NCBI RefSeq assembly: GCF_964355755.1
Contig: NC_092672.1
Location: 11,966,001 to 12,030,000, forward strand
Source: Antedon mediterranea
Taxonomy: Eukaryota; Animalia; Echinodermata
Length of the DNA stretch: 64,000 bases
Reading direction: 5' to 3'
Under the pieces are notes generated by a model that had not been told where the DNA came from, did not search any database, and worked only from the letters and a program-made list of their open reading frames with translations. The translations under genes were made by a program, and so were the position numbers. Positions 24,501-34,329 of this stretch are shown piece by piece. Position 1 is the first letter of the stretch. Each line of letters begins with the position of its first letter.

Positions 24501-27500
24501 TGGAAGAGAGATTAGGATCTCAAAATCACAATAAATGCGTAAAAATTGAATCAAACAACAATTATAACAAACTACTATTTATCAACTGTGAGATTTAACA
24601 ACAACAATGTATCTCGTCTCTTTCCCTCAAGCTTGCCGTTAAATAATTATAAACTGTAAAAATAGTGTTTAGATCTTTTAAGATGTTTAAAAACATGTAT
24701 TTTGTACCCACTATTTCCACACATTTAGCCTTAAACATGTTTAGGTTCTAAACACATTCTAAACATGTAGTCTGTATCCAACTCTACACATTAGTGACGT
24801 ATTGATTGTTAAACATGTGGAGCAATATGAAGACAAGTTTAGGTTTTAAACGTGTTTAATTTGCCATGTGTGGAGCTCATGTGTGGAGCTTTTTTCCGCC
24901 ACAGTAAAATCGTATGCACGCAACGCTAAACACATACCTAAACATTTTGACTGCTAAACATGTGGAGTAATTGAACATAATATTGACATTAGTCAAGTGG
25001 AGGAAAACAACATGTAGCTATAAACACGTTTAGCTTTTAAACACGCTAAACATGTAACTCGTGTCTAAAAGCTAAACGTGTGGAAAAAGTGGGTACAAAA
25101 TAGGTGTTTAAGATCTAAACACTATTTTTACAGTGTAGAGGGGGTAGTTTCAATAAAGCAGACGGCAAACATACAATGTATAGAGTGCGTTTAAAAATAT
25201 TTTCTGAGTTTAGTAATGAGATCAGTATTTGTAGTAGACATAAGGACAATATATTTTAATTTAGATGGATTAGTTGTGTAAGAGGAAAACATATACTTAG
25301 TTCTACTATCTTAATAAACTAAAGGGAATTCATCTTCAATTGATTGTAGAGAGCATAATTTGCATAGTCTATCATTTCTATAAGGCCTAATACGATTCCA
25401 TCTTCCTTTTTCTAGTTATAATATTCCTAGTCTTAGTTTAGTCACAATGTGTCTATGTTTGTAATTTTAATTAAGTATTCTTCCATTCCATAATTCATAA
25501 TTCAACATAATTTATATTGAATGCGTGTGAAATATTGGAGCTTAGGCCTATAGAGAGTGTAACCTATTAACTCATAGAATTGTGTCGTTCAATAAGCCTC
25601 GAATTTGTTTAAATTTTTAAATAAAAAATATTGTTGGCCTGTTGAGCATGCCATGTTGCCAAATCCATTTATATATAATGAGTTTTACATCATTGACCTA
25701 AATCGCTTATTTTGTTGCGCTTTTCTATGTTGAAAACATTGTTTAATGAATTTTTCATAATCTATTTGGCGCACTCTCAGCCACTAGCGAATTCAATTAA
25801 TGATACTTAGATTTTGGATAGGGAATTCTCAACATTCTCCTCTCATTACATCACTTGGAGCAGAATTTTCTATTCCTAAAAGATATTTCTATTCTCTAAA
25901 ATCGAAATATAATTCAAGTGGTTGTTCATCTGCTGTAAAACTACAAGTCAGTCGATGCTACAAACCACACGGGTTCGGAGAAGTCAAGCAGGCAGAAATC
26001 CATTATATATCAGATGCTTGTGAAGTAAGATTGTGGTCAATGCACGTATCTGCTAAAAATCTAAAAAGATATCAATTGTATGTAGCTACCCAGGTTTAAA
26101 AAAAATCAGCGATGCAACTTCCATAGAAAACATCTTCTAATCCGAGTGATATAGTCAGTAGAACCGTTCATCTGCCGTTGGCCGATTCAATTGATGACGA
26201 ATCGCGTAAAGTTGTTGCTTCAGAAGTAAAATATATTCGCTTATTCCACACTAATGTAGATAAGACTGTTTTTCAGTATGGTTTTATTAACAGACAGATA
26301 AAATGAACTCTAAATCACATTAAATGTATTGGATGTTCATTCCCGTTAAAGGAGCCAACACGTAGCAAAGCATAATTGTTAGATAGGTCTATCAATGGAA
26401 ACTTAACAGTGATATAATACAAAACAAGGCCAACAGCCATTAAGTCGCGTGCTACAATGCATAGTGATACCGGACCGACAGACAAACAGACCGACAGACA
26501 GACAGACCGACAGACAGACGGACCGACCGACATAGTGAACTATACTGACCGAAATTACTGAACATGTTAAAAATGTTGAAATGTTTAAAAACATTTATAT
26601 TTTTTTAATTTACACGTGCGTAGCCTGTCACTTTTGACGTGCTCGTATAACGTAATTTCGAGTTGAAAAGTAAGTCAAGAAAACAGAAATCGGGCAAAAT
26701 GAGTGCGCAATAACATTTAACGCGCAGTGCGCCGGCAAAAATCTGCGCACTCATGGCAATTTTGTAAACGCTTAAAATTGCCTGAAACGTACTCTTATTT
26801 CATCGAAAATAAATTTTGAAAATTTTAAGCGCGCGTACGCATGCGTTACATGCGCTACGCACGTAATTGTATTGCCATATGATGATTTATGCCCTGAAAT
26901 TTATGAGTACCAAATTTTATTTAATTGTGATTCATGGTTGACAGACAGACCGACCGACCGACATAGTGAACTATAGAGTCGCTTCCACGCGACTAAAAAC
27001 AGATAACATAATATAATATGAACAGATCTGTGTAAACATTACAGACAGCAATGTAACGGCAGTATGTGTAACTGAGTTAATTATTATGTAATTGTCGTTT
27101 AAAAGGTATGCTCATCTGGAATAATTTGCATATTTCAGATAATATATTTCAGATAATATTTATTTAGATAATAATGAATGAATATATACAAAATAGAAAA
27201 AAGATATTAAAGTGAACATAGATAAAGCAGTAATTCGTAGTCATTATTATCATGGATCCCTTCTAGAAGTTAATAACATGTGGCATATATTAGAAATCTT
27301 ACTAGCTAGTGCAGTTAGTTGAGACGATACTAGCGTATAAACCATAGGTCTTAGTTGTATTGCGATTTCTACATGTTATGTCATATACTATTGAGAAGTT
27401 ATACAATACATTATATCTAATGTGTCTTGATAATAACACGCCTTCCGTTTTTTTTTTCTCTTACGGGTTATCTCAACTCAAATAAGTGTCTAGTGAGGCC

Positions 27501-28139
27501 GCAGTTTTAGTATATTAGTAAAGTATATTGTGTCTGTTATTTCATAAATTTGTCATATTCACTTGACAAGCAGCTAGTATAACTTATAGAAAAGTTACAT
27601 CATATTCAACGCAATTAGAAGTATCTCTGAAGACCTTTTTGAAGCTCCGGTTAATCCTTATGAGAAAGCTCATACCGAACGTTGTATGCATATTAATCCG
27701 CTTAGTCAGTTTACTGTATGTCTATTCATCCGCTGGATTCAGTGTTCAGTGTGAATAATATCCTTTGAAAAATAGTTGGATTGTATAATTATATAAATAT
27801 ATAGTTTCTATACCTTAGCTACGGAGTTCACAAGATGTGGATATGTTGTACATATTTCTTCAATTTCTTCCAAATCTCTACATCTTAGGCCTACAGCGTC
27901 TTGCAATAAGTATCTTAAAAAAAAAGACAAAAATGCATCATGGCAAGAATATTTGGGCAATAAAGTTAATATGTTTATTTTTCATGTTTATAAACAATAT
28001 AAAAAATAATAATAAAAATATAACATTCTTTGAACTATTTTAAAATATTAAGAGTTTGTTGGATATAAAAGGTAAAGCTTACTACTCCATTTAAAAAATG
28101 AAGTCTCCCTCAATTTTAAGATATAACTTACTCATCCAT
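8991..28139 (-). CDS. Multi-exon ankyrin-ROC-COR-tandem DED protein, copy 1 (~1208 aa; may carry a frameshift). Coding exons: 28132-28139, 27814-27913, 19453-19557, 18903-19007, 18520-18624, 17079-17186, 16525-16613, 16132-16288, 15835-15938, 15286-15456, 14971-15123, 14312-14485, 13798-14003, 13339-13428, 13027-13221, 12516-12761, 11660-11851, 11335-11496, 10923-11225, 10290-10370, 9987-10194, 9723-9758, 8991-9520
   Basis: Manual splicing with GT-AG boundaries and matching phases at every junction except a 1-nt excess in 16525-16613. Motifs: GNTPLH ankyrins; ROC G1 GKEGAGKTS, G2 STDSI, G3 WDYAGQ, G4 THMD; COR-like YLNDIGVIMY and KEGILE...LW; C-terminal double DED-like helical domain. Confidence 0.85.
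9987..12761 (-). CDS. COR-domain exons of copy 1, ending in a CxxC...HxH...C...C motif
   Basis: VPLKWADLQEQL, AIAYLNDIGVIMY, LWKKLNKEGILEKKLLRHLW, FLVPC, LCIACYPEHIHLHDLEEC...VPC. Confidence 0.8.
13027..16288 (-). CDS. ROC GTPase exons of copy 1, including three phase 1-1 insert exons
   Basis: PDEILARG pre-ROC motif, GKEGAGKTS P-loop, STDSI, IWDYAGQLDYYITHRFFL, PPICLVATHMD. Confidence 0.9.
17079..17186 (-). CDS. Ankyrin repeat exon (108 nt, phase 0-0): EGNTPLHGHVSFSSIGDLEIVNSLIAHGASLRARNK
   Basis: AG/GT flanks; ankyrin consensus G-TPLH...L...GA. Confidence 0.88.
17924..18025 (-). pseudogene. Chimeric ankyrin pseudo-exon (102 nt, splice sites intact, in-frame TAA)
   Basis: Reads NGNTPLHRHVEQDAKLIVLKCVQR*. 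The centre is replaced by the array's intron block tacagacgggttagc...tttagcgtctt. Confidence 0.75.
18520..18624 (-). CDS. Ankyrin repeat exon (105 nt): DGNTPLHRHVALGDGNVEIVNSLMAHGASITATNN
   Basis: ttccag acceptor, gtaaat donor, open frame. Confidence 0.9.
18903..19007 (-). CDS. Ankyrin repeat exon (105 nt): DGNTPLHEHVWWGRDNVEIVNSLIAHGDSITATDN
   Basis: ttccag acceptor, gtaaat donor, open frame. Confidence 0.9.
19453..19557 (-). CDS. Ankyrin repeat exon (105 nt): NGNTPLHDHVRLGSGNVEIVNSLITHGVSITATNN
   Basis: ttccag acceptor, gtaaat donor, open frame. Confidence 0.9.
20440..24372 (+). mobile_element. DIRS1-like tyrosine-recombinase retrotransposon, frameshifted and 3'-truncated, intronic in copy 1
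   Basis: gag-like ORFs 21127-22210 (KYLRPLNC...PKVN); RT (FKMDT, LGYIDD); RNase H (FVDAS, HDINILEM, MSDNATAV); methyltransferase-like domain (PDIDLFASRINH...DAF); start of the YR N-terminal domain (LSYSSLNTARSAL), then truncation. The 5' boundary is approximate. Confidence 0.9.
24652..25135. mobile_element. MITE with CACTG-type TIRs (CMC/EnSpm-like), TA flanks
   Basis: (a)actgtaaaaatagtgtttagatct ... agatctaaacactatttttacagtg, with many internal aaacatgt/aaacacgt subterminal repeats. Confidence 0.7.
25930..26240 (+). pseudogene. Degenerate BEL/Pao RNase H fragment
   Basis: VSRCYKPHGFGEVKQAEIHYISDACE and a downstream SNPSDIVSR motif. Confidence 0.65.
26423..26999 (-). mobile_element. Helentron-associated (HINE/DINE-1-like) non-autonomous element, internally deleted copy
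   Basis: Reverse complement of the 34330-35130 element: sub-TIR agtcgcgtg/cacgcgact, (GTCY)n microsatellite, end ggctgttggccttgt. Confidence 0.8.
27814..27913 (-). CDS. N-cap ankyrin exon of copy 1: (E)YLLQDAVGLRCRDLEEIEEICTTYPHLVNSVAK
   Basis: Poly-T-aag acceptor and gtatag donor. Phase 2 in matches ATG GAT GA of the preceding exon; phase 0 out joins NGNTPLH. Confidence 0.75.
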
Positions 28140-28184
28140 TGAAAAAATGCACTCTGTAGTTAGTTGCCAATCATTCAGTGGTTG
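28132..28184 (-). CDS. Putative start-codon exon of copy 1 (ATG at 28139-28137); its acceptor is split by the BEL insertion
   Basis: gtaag donor. Removing the BEL element and one TSD restores gtttcatttttcag|caac. Confidence 0.65.
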
Positions 28185-28185
28185 C

Positions 28186-31100
28186 TGTGTTGCTCTTATT
28201 TTAGCTGCACCGTTCCTTTCCGAGAGAGGGCGTATGTAAATAGGATCCATGTTATAAGTTTCGTATTGACTACATGTGTTCTAGAGTTCGACTTCTAAAT
28301 GTCTTATTGTGCCGAGATAGTGTGTAATTTACTAAACTAGTAGGCCGCACATTGCTTGTAAGTTGTTAGAGTATTATATTACAATAATTAGAATTATATG
28401 AACCACAGTAGTGGCCTAGATTATTAATGCTATACTGTACTACATTGTGGTCGTAGGCCTAGGCCTGCGTAGATTGAATCGTATACGATCGCTTGAACAG
28501 CATGGCGATAAACACGAGTCTCCGTGTAGAGGGCGGTGTTCTATTTTGTATGCCGTATCTATAGAAGTAGTACGTCCGTATGAGGGCGCTGTTGATTATT
28601 TGATGACTTTGTTTAATATGTTCTTTAGGCATGTACACCTCCGTAAGAGGGCGCTACGTTTGATCTGTTTTGCAGATAGTTTATGTTATGTTTATTATTA
28701 CTATTTGGAGCTGGATTTAAGTATGCTTAATTTCAGTTCACCCTGTTTATGGCTGAATTTGCTGTATTAAAGAGTCAGTCAACAAGTGATTGTGTTGCAG
28801 TATTTTTTGTCGTGGATTGGGTTTATCTACTGAATAGCGAGTTTGACGGTTCAAGCTCGTGAGGTCAGCACAGTGAAAAGCAATGTCGACTTCTAGTAGA
28901 AGACGTGATGGTGCGAGAGATGATGCAAGGTCAATAGGGTCAAGGAGCCATAGATCGAAGGCATCATCGCAGTCAGTGTCATCATTAGAAGTATCTGCTG
29001 CACAAGCTCGTGCTGATGCTGCTGTAGCGAAAGCTCGTGTTACATTTGCGAAGAAGAAGAGTGCCGCTAAGTTAGAGGCGTTGAAGGCTGAAATGGAAGC
29101 AGCTAAAGCTATGTTAGACATAGACGAAGTAGAGAAAGAAGAAGAAATGGCTGCAGCACAGGCTAGAGCCAATGTCCTTCAAGCAGAATTGCAACATATG
29201 TCTTTTGAAGATATTGAGGAAGAGCTTTCACAGCTAGAAAGCAATAATCAGATGGAAGAGGTGCAAGGCGCACCCCAAGATGCAGTACCCAGTCAAAGAA
29301 TGGCAGAGGTACTTAACGAACTTCCAAAGATGGAACCCAGTCAGCGGGTAGAAAATTATCTAAACAATGCTGTAGAGGTACCAACGTCTACTCTTAATCC
29401 TGGAGCTAGATCTTACGAACCAAATCATATGCAGGAGTACATTCGAATACTGGCACGTCAGCGATTACCCTTGCAAGAACCGGATATTTACTCTGGGGAT
29501 CCAATAATGTTTCTTCCGTGGAAAAGATCCTTTGAAGCTATGGTGAAAACAGCCTATGTGGACACTGTTGAAAAGCTGTCATTCCTGTGTAAATATACTA
29601 CTGGCGAAGCAAAAGTTTTGGTTGATCGATTCAGACTAAGGCATGTTGAAGATGTTGACAAGGCCTATCATGAGGCCTGGACTGAGCTAGAAGACAGGTT
29701 CGGGAACCAAACCTTAATATCAGCTGAAATCATCCTGAGACTTACCAAATACAGAAGATTCAAAGCAGGTGATTTGACCGCACTCCAAGAACTGGCTGAT
29801 TTGTGTGGAGACGCAGTTGCTCAAATGCAGGAGCTACCCCATCTGATTACGTTAAACACTCCTCATGGTATTAAACCAATTGTAGAGAAGTTACCACACT
29901 TCATAATTAATAAATGGAGAGAAAAGGTCGCAAAACATAAAAGGAAAATGAAAACGTTCCCGAATTTCAGCATTTTCACAGAGTTTCTAAGTGAGATGGC
30001 TCACATCCAACGTGATCCTGATGTCCCAAGAGGAATTGTTGATGAGGTCAAAACTGATACACCGGGAAACTACCGTACACAGACAGGTTACCGTCCTAAG
30101 ACCACGCAACGTTCAACTGTAAATGTGAGAATGACTGAGGTGAATAAATCTGAAGGGATGTGTCCGCTACACAATGGTCAGCATCCGTTGGTAGACTGTA
30201 GAAACTTTCTGGCCAAGACTTATGCTGCCAAGAAGTCATTCTTTAAGGAAAACCAAGTATGTTTCCGATGTCTCTCATCTACATCACACATGGCTAGGAA
30301 TTGTGATAGAAATGTCAGGTGTGGAGAATGCGGTAGTGATCGTCACCCGACTGCATTCCATGGTGACCGTCCGCAGAAGGCGAATGGCGGGGAACAAGTA
30401 AAAGCGGAGCAAAAGGCAAATGGCGGGGAGCAAGTAAAAATGGAGCAAAAGGCAAAAGGTGAGAAGACAAATGGCGGGGAGCAGGGGACAGAGTCGCAGA
30501 AGACGAAGGAAAGAGACAAAGTAGTAAGTACTACATGTACGGATGTCTGCGGTGGAATTGGGCTGAGCCGATCGTGTGCAAAAATATATTTAGAAGACCA
30601 TCCTAACACTTTCATAAAAACCTACATTATACTAGACGACCAAAGCAATCGCTCGTTGGCCAAGAGTGAGGTATTCGACCTTTTTAATATCAATGCAAGA
30701 CTTACGTCGTATACTTTGAAGACTTGTTCGGGAGCGGCTGAAGTTCAAGGCCGAAAACTGGAGAAGCTGATAATTGAGTCCATGGATGGTAAAACAAGAA
30801 TAGCAGCCCCATCGCTACTTGAATGTAATGACATACCTGGGAACAAGGCAGAAATTCCCACTCCAGAGACAGCCAGCAATTTTCCTCACTTGAAGGATAT
30901 TGCGGATAAGATACCACCCTTGGATAAGAATGCAAATATTACCATACTGCTCGGCCGAGATGCTGCTCAAGCTCATAAAGTCCGAGAAGTACGCAATGGA
31001 CCAAATCACTCTCCATGGGGCCAACGACTTGATCTAGGCTGGATGGTTATTGGCGACGTCTGCTTAGGGGGAGCCCACCAAAAGAATATTGTCACCGCCA

Positions 31101-33894
31101 ACAGAAACCATATAAAGGTTTTGAGAAATGGTAGGCCATCCGCCATGTTTACAACTTGTAAAGGAATGATCAGTGCGAAGGAAATAACCCTGAGACACAG
31201 CTGTGATGGACTCGGTGGTAATGTATTCCAACAGAAAGAAGATGACGAGAAGTATGGAATGTCCAGAGAAGATGTGGAGTTCGTGCAACTTATGGGAAAA
31301 GAGATGAAACGAGGTGAACAAGGAAATTGGATAGCCCCACTTCCTTTTCGAGAAGAAAGAAAAAGGTTACCCAACAACAAGCAGCAAGCAATGAATCGTA
31401 TGCAGTCTCTTATTCGCACACTGGATAAGAAGCCAGAGATGAAAGCTCACTACTTAGCGTTCATGGAGAAAGTATTCTCAAAGCAACATGCTGAGCTCGT
31501 CGAAGATGACAGTCATGATGAAGAGTGCTGGTATTTACCACACTTTGGTGTGTACCATCCTCAAAAGCCAGGGAAGATCCGGGTGGTTTTTGATTCCAGT
31601 GCGCAATTCCAAGATACATCACTTAACAACGTGTTAATGAGTGGACCAGATCTGGTAAATGGGTTGCTTGCTGTATTGATACGGTTCAGGCAGGATCCTG
31701 TGGCGTTTGTAGCAGACATTGAGCAAATGTTCTACTCATTTCAAGTCGTGGAAGAACACAGAGATTATCTTCGGTTCCTGTGGTTCGAAGACAACGACCC
31801 CAGCAAAGTATTGAGAACGTATCGGATGAAAGTTCACATCTTCGGAAACAAACCTTCTCCAGCTGTTGCTACGCTAGGACTGAGAAAGACTGCACAAGAA
31901 GGAGAGAGCGAGTTTGGCGCAGATGCAAGAGAGTTCGTGGAGAAGAATTTTTATGTCGATGATGGGCTGAAGTCTTTAGCTACTTCAGATGAGGCGATCG
32001 ACCTGCTCAAGCGCACACAAGCCATGTTAGCCACAGCTAATTTACGATTACATAAAATTGTCTCAAACGATGCAAAAGTGATAGCGGCTTTCTCACCTCA
32101 AGATGTAGCAAGTAACATGTGCAACCTCGATCTCGGATCCGACGCTCCTCTTACGCAAAGGTCATTAGGAGTACTGTGGGATGTCAAGTCAGATGCCTTT
32201 ACTTTCTCTATTACGGAGGTTAGCAGCAAGACATTCACTAAGCGAGGAGTGCTGTCAGAAATCAACAGCATATATGACCCAATCGGCTTTGCGTCACCTG
32301 TCATTATAGAGGGAAGAAGGCTGTTAAGGGAAATGACAAAGGATCAATGCATAGATTGGGATGAGCCATTACAGAAACAACTACGGTCAGATTGTGGGAC
32401 GAATTTTGTTTGTGCGTGCAATATCTTGGGTGAAAGTATTCAGAAAGAAGGACAAGATAAAATTAAACGCTATCTATTGACCCGTGAATGTGAGTGGGTG
32501 TTCAACCCGCCTCATGCATCCCATATGGGAGGAAGTTGGGAACGTATGATTGGAGTAGCAAGGAAGATTATAGATGGTATGTTTAGAGATCTTGGAGAAA
32601 CCAAGTTAACCCACGAAGTCCTGGTAACACTAATGGCAGAAGTATCAGGAATTATTAATGCACGACCCTTAGTAGAAGTCTCTACTGATCCTGAATCACC
32701 ACAAATAATATCACCAAACACTCTACTTACTCAAAAGTCTCAACCATTCGCAGCACCTCCTGGAGCGTTTTGTAATGCTGATTTGTATGGTAAGCAGTGG
32801 CGAACGGTACAGCACTTGGCTAACAAATTTTGGTCAAAATGGAAAAGAGACTATATCCCTACACTTCAGAACAGAAGCAAGTGGCAACATGAAAAGAGGA
32901 ATATAAAGGAAGGAGATATTGTTCTTCTAAAGGAGAAAGACACCGTCAGAAATGATTGGCCTATGGGACGAATCGTTAAAGCAATTGAAGGATCAGACGG
33001 ACGAGTTAGGAGAGTGGAAGTGACTGTTTATAGAGGTGGAGAACTGAAAACCTTTGCAAGACCGATTAGTGAATTGGTACTGATAATGCCGACTCCTTAA
33101 GAGTTACATTGAACATTATTATAATGAATATTATGTCATATTCCTTTGTTATTTGTTTATGTTTTAACTTTTTGTATAATGGTATCCTTTAGATACCAGA
33201 CGGGGAGTGTGTTGCTCTTATTTTAGCTGCACCGTTCCTTTCCGAGAGAGGGCGTATGTAAATAGGATCCATGTTATAAGTTTCGTATTGACTACATGTG
33301 TTCTAGAGTTCGGCTTCTAAAGGTCTTATTGTGCCGAGATAGTGTGTAATTTACTAAACTAGTAGGCCGCACATTGCTTGTAAGTTGTTAGAGTATTATA
33401 TTACAATAATTAGAATTATATGAACCACAGTAGTGGCCTAGATTATTAATGCTATAATGTACTACATTGTGGTCGTAGGCCTAGGCCTGCGTAGATTGAA
33501 TCGTATACGATCGCTTGAACAGCATGGCGATAAACACGAGTCTCCGTGTAGAGGGCGGTGTTCTATTTTGTATGCCGTATCTATAGAAGTAGTACGTCCG
33601 TATGAGGGCGCTGTTGATTATTTGATGACTTTGTTTAATATGTTCTTTAGGCATGTACACCTCCGTAAGAGGGCGCTACGTTTGATCTGTTTTGCAGATA
33701 GTTTATGTTATGTTTATTATTACTATTTGGAGCTGGATTTAAGTATGCTTAATTTCAGTTCACCCTGTTTATGGCTGAATTTGCTGTATTAAAGAGTCAG
33801 TCAACAAGTGATTGTGTTGCAGTATTTTTTGTCGTGGATTGGGTTTATCTACTGAATAGCGAGTTTGACGGTTCAAGCTCGTGAGGTCAGCACA
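28186..33894 (+). mobile_element. BEL/Pao LTR retrotransposon, recent, internally deleted
   Basis: 687-bp TG..CA LTRs (28186-28872 and 33208-33894; 3 mismatches seen), 5-bp TSD gttgc (28181-28185 and 33895-33899), PPT agacggggag. Confidence 0.97.
28883..33100 (+). CDS. BEL/Pao gag-pol polyprotein (1405 aa) lacking RNase H and the integrase N-terminus
   Basis: Three Cys/His knuckles, protease ILDDQSNRS, RT FYVDD, integrase core SDCGTNF...GGSWER fused directly after WDEPL. Confidence 0.92.
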   Translation: MSTSSRRRDGARDDARSIGSRSHRSKASSQSVSSLEVSAAQARADAAVAKARVTFAKKKSAAKLEALKAEMEAAKAMLDIDEVEKEEEMAAAQARANVLQAELQHMSFEDIEEELSQLESNNQMEEVQGAPQDAVPSQRMAEVLNELPKMEPSQRVENYLNNAVEVPTSTLNPGARSYEPNHMQEYIRILARQRLPLQEPDIYSGDPIMFLPWKRSFEAMVKTAYVDTVEKLSFLCKYTTGEAKVLVDRFRLRHVEDVDKAYHEAWTELEDRFGNQTLISAEIILRLTKYRRFKAGDLTALQELADLCGDAVAQMQELPHLITLNTPHGIKPIVEKLPHFIINKWREKVAKHKRKMKTFPNFSIFTEFLSEMAHIQRDPDVPRGIVDEVKTDTPGNYRTQTGYRPKTTQRSTVNVRMTEVNKSEGMCPLHNGQHPLVDCRNFLAKTYAAKKSFFKENQVCFRCLSSTSHMARNCDRNVRCGECGSDRHPTAFHGDRPQKANGGEQVKAEQKANGGEQVKMEQKAKGEKTNGGEQGTESQKTKERDKVVSTTCTDVCGGIGLSRSCAKIYLEDHPNTFIKTYIILDDQSNRSLAKSEVFDLFNINARLTSYTLKTCSGAAEVQGRKLEKLIIESMDGKTRIAAPSLLECNDIPGNKAEIPTPETASNFPHLKDIADKIPPLDKNANITILLGRDAAQAHKVREVRNGPNHSPWGQRLDLGWMVIGDVCLGGAHQKNIVTANRNHIKVLRNGRPSAMFTTCKGMISAKEITLRHSCDGLGGNVFQQKEDDEKYGMSREDVEFVQLMGKEMKRGEQGNWIAPLPFREERKRLPNNKQQAMNRMQSLIRTLDKKPEMKAHYLAFMEKVFSKQHAELVEDDSHDEECWYLPHFGVYHPQKPGKIRVVFDSSAQFQDTSLNNVLMSGPDLVNGLLAVLIRFRQDPVAFVADIEQMFYSFQVVEEHRDYLRFLWFEDNDPSKVLRTYRMKVHIFGNKPSPAVATLGLRKTAQEGESEFGADAREFVEKNFYVDDGLKSLATSDEAIDLLKRTQAMLATANLRLHKIVSNDAKVIAAFSPQDVASNMCNLDLGSDAPLTQRSLGVLWDVKSDAFTFSITEVSSKTFTKRGVLSEINSIYDPIGFASPVIIEGRRLLREMTKDQCIDWDEPLQKQLRSDCGTNFVCACNILGESIQKEGQDKIKRYLLTRECEWVFNPPHASHMGGSWERMIGVARKIIDGMFRDLGETKLTHEVLVTLMAEVSGIINARPLVEVSTDPESPQIISPNTLLTQKSQPFAAPPGAFCNADLYGKQWRTVQHLANKFWSKWKRDYIPTLQNRSKWQHEKRNIKEGDIVLLKEKDTVRNDWPMGRIVKAIEGSDGRVRRVEVTVYRGGELKTFARPISELVLIMPTP

Positions 33895-34329
33895 GTTGCT
33901 GAAAAATGAAACCGAAACTTATATGTATATTACTTGTAATATAGCATACTAAATTGAAAAATGAACAGAAAACAAAATACATTTGTATATAGTAGGCATA
34001 TTGTCTTAGAAAAATTACAAGAATTGATATTTATTCGAGTAGGCCGAGTAGATATACGGCTCTGCTCTATATCTATATATAAATTTACGTAAGGGCAACA
34101 TTCGGTAAATCGCGCGTTACTTCTAGAATGTTAACTCGATGGTATACAAAGTTAGGTCTTACTTTCGGTACTGATTTTCACCACCTGGTGTAACCCTGTT
34201 TACTAATTAAATTGAGTTAGATAATTAGTTATTGACAATTAAATCGAATTTAGGTTCAACGATTTGCCCCAAATAGGGGTGCTTTCTGTTCGTTGTAAAC
34301 ACTGATAATGTTTCAAAGCTATTATGTTA

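Noticed and set aside
26315-26594. ORFs with SVCLSV repeats (also 35020-35202)
   Set aside because: Translations of the (GTCY)n microsatellite in HINE elements.
28447-28770. ORF duplicated at 33457-33792 (likewise 40196-40384 / 48120-48308)
   Set aside because: These lie inside LTRs, so the duplication is just LTR identity; no protein motifs.
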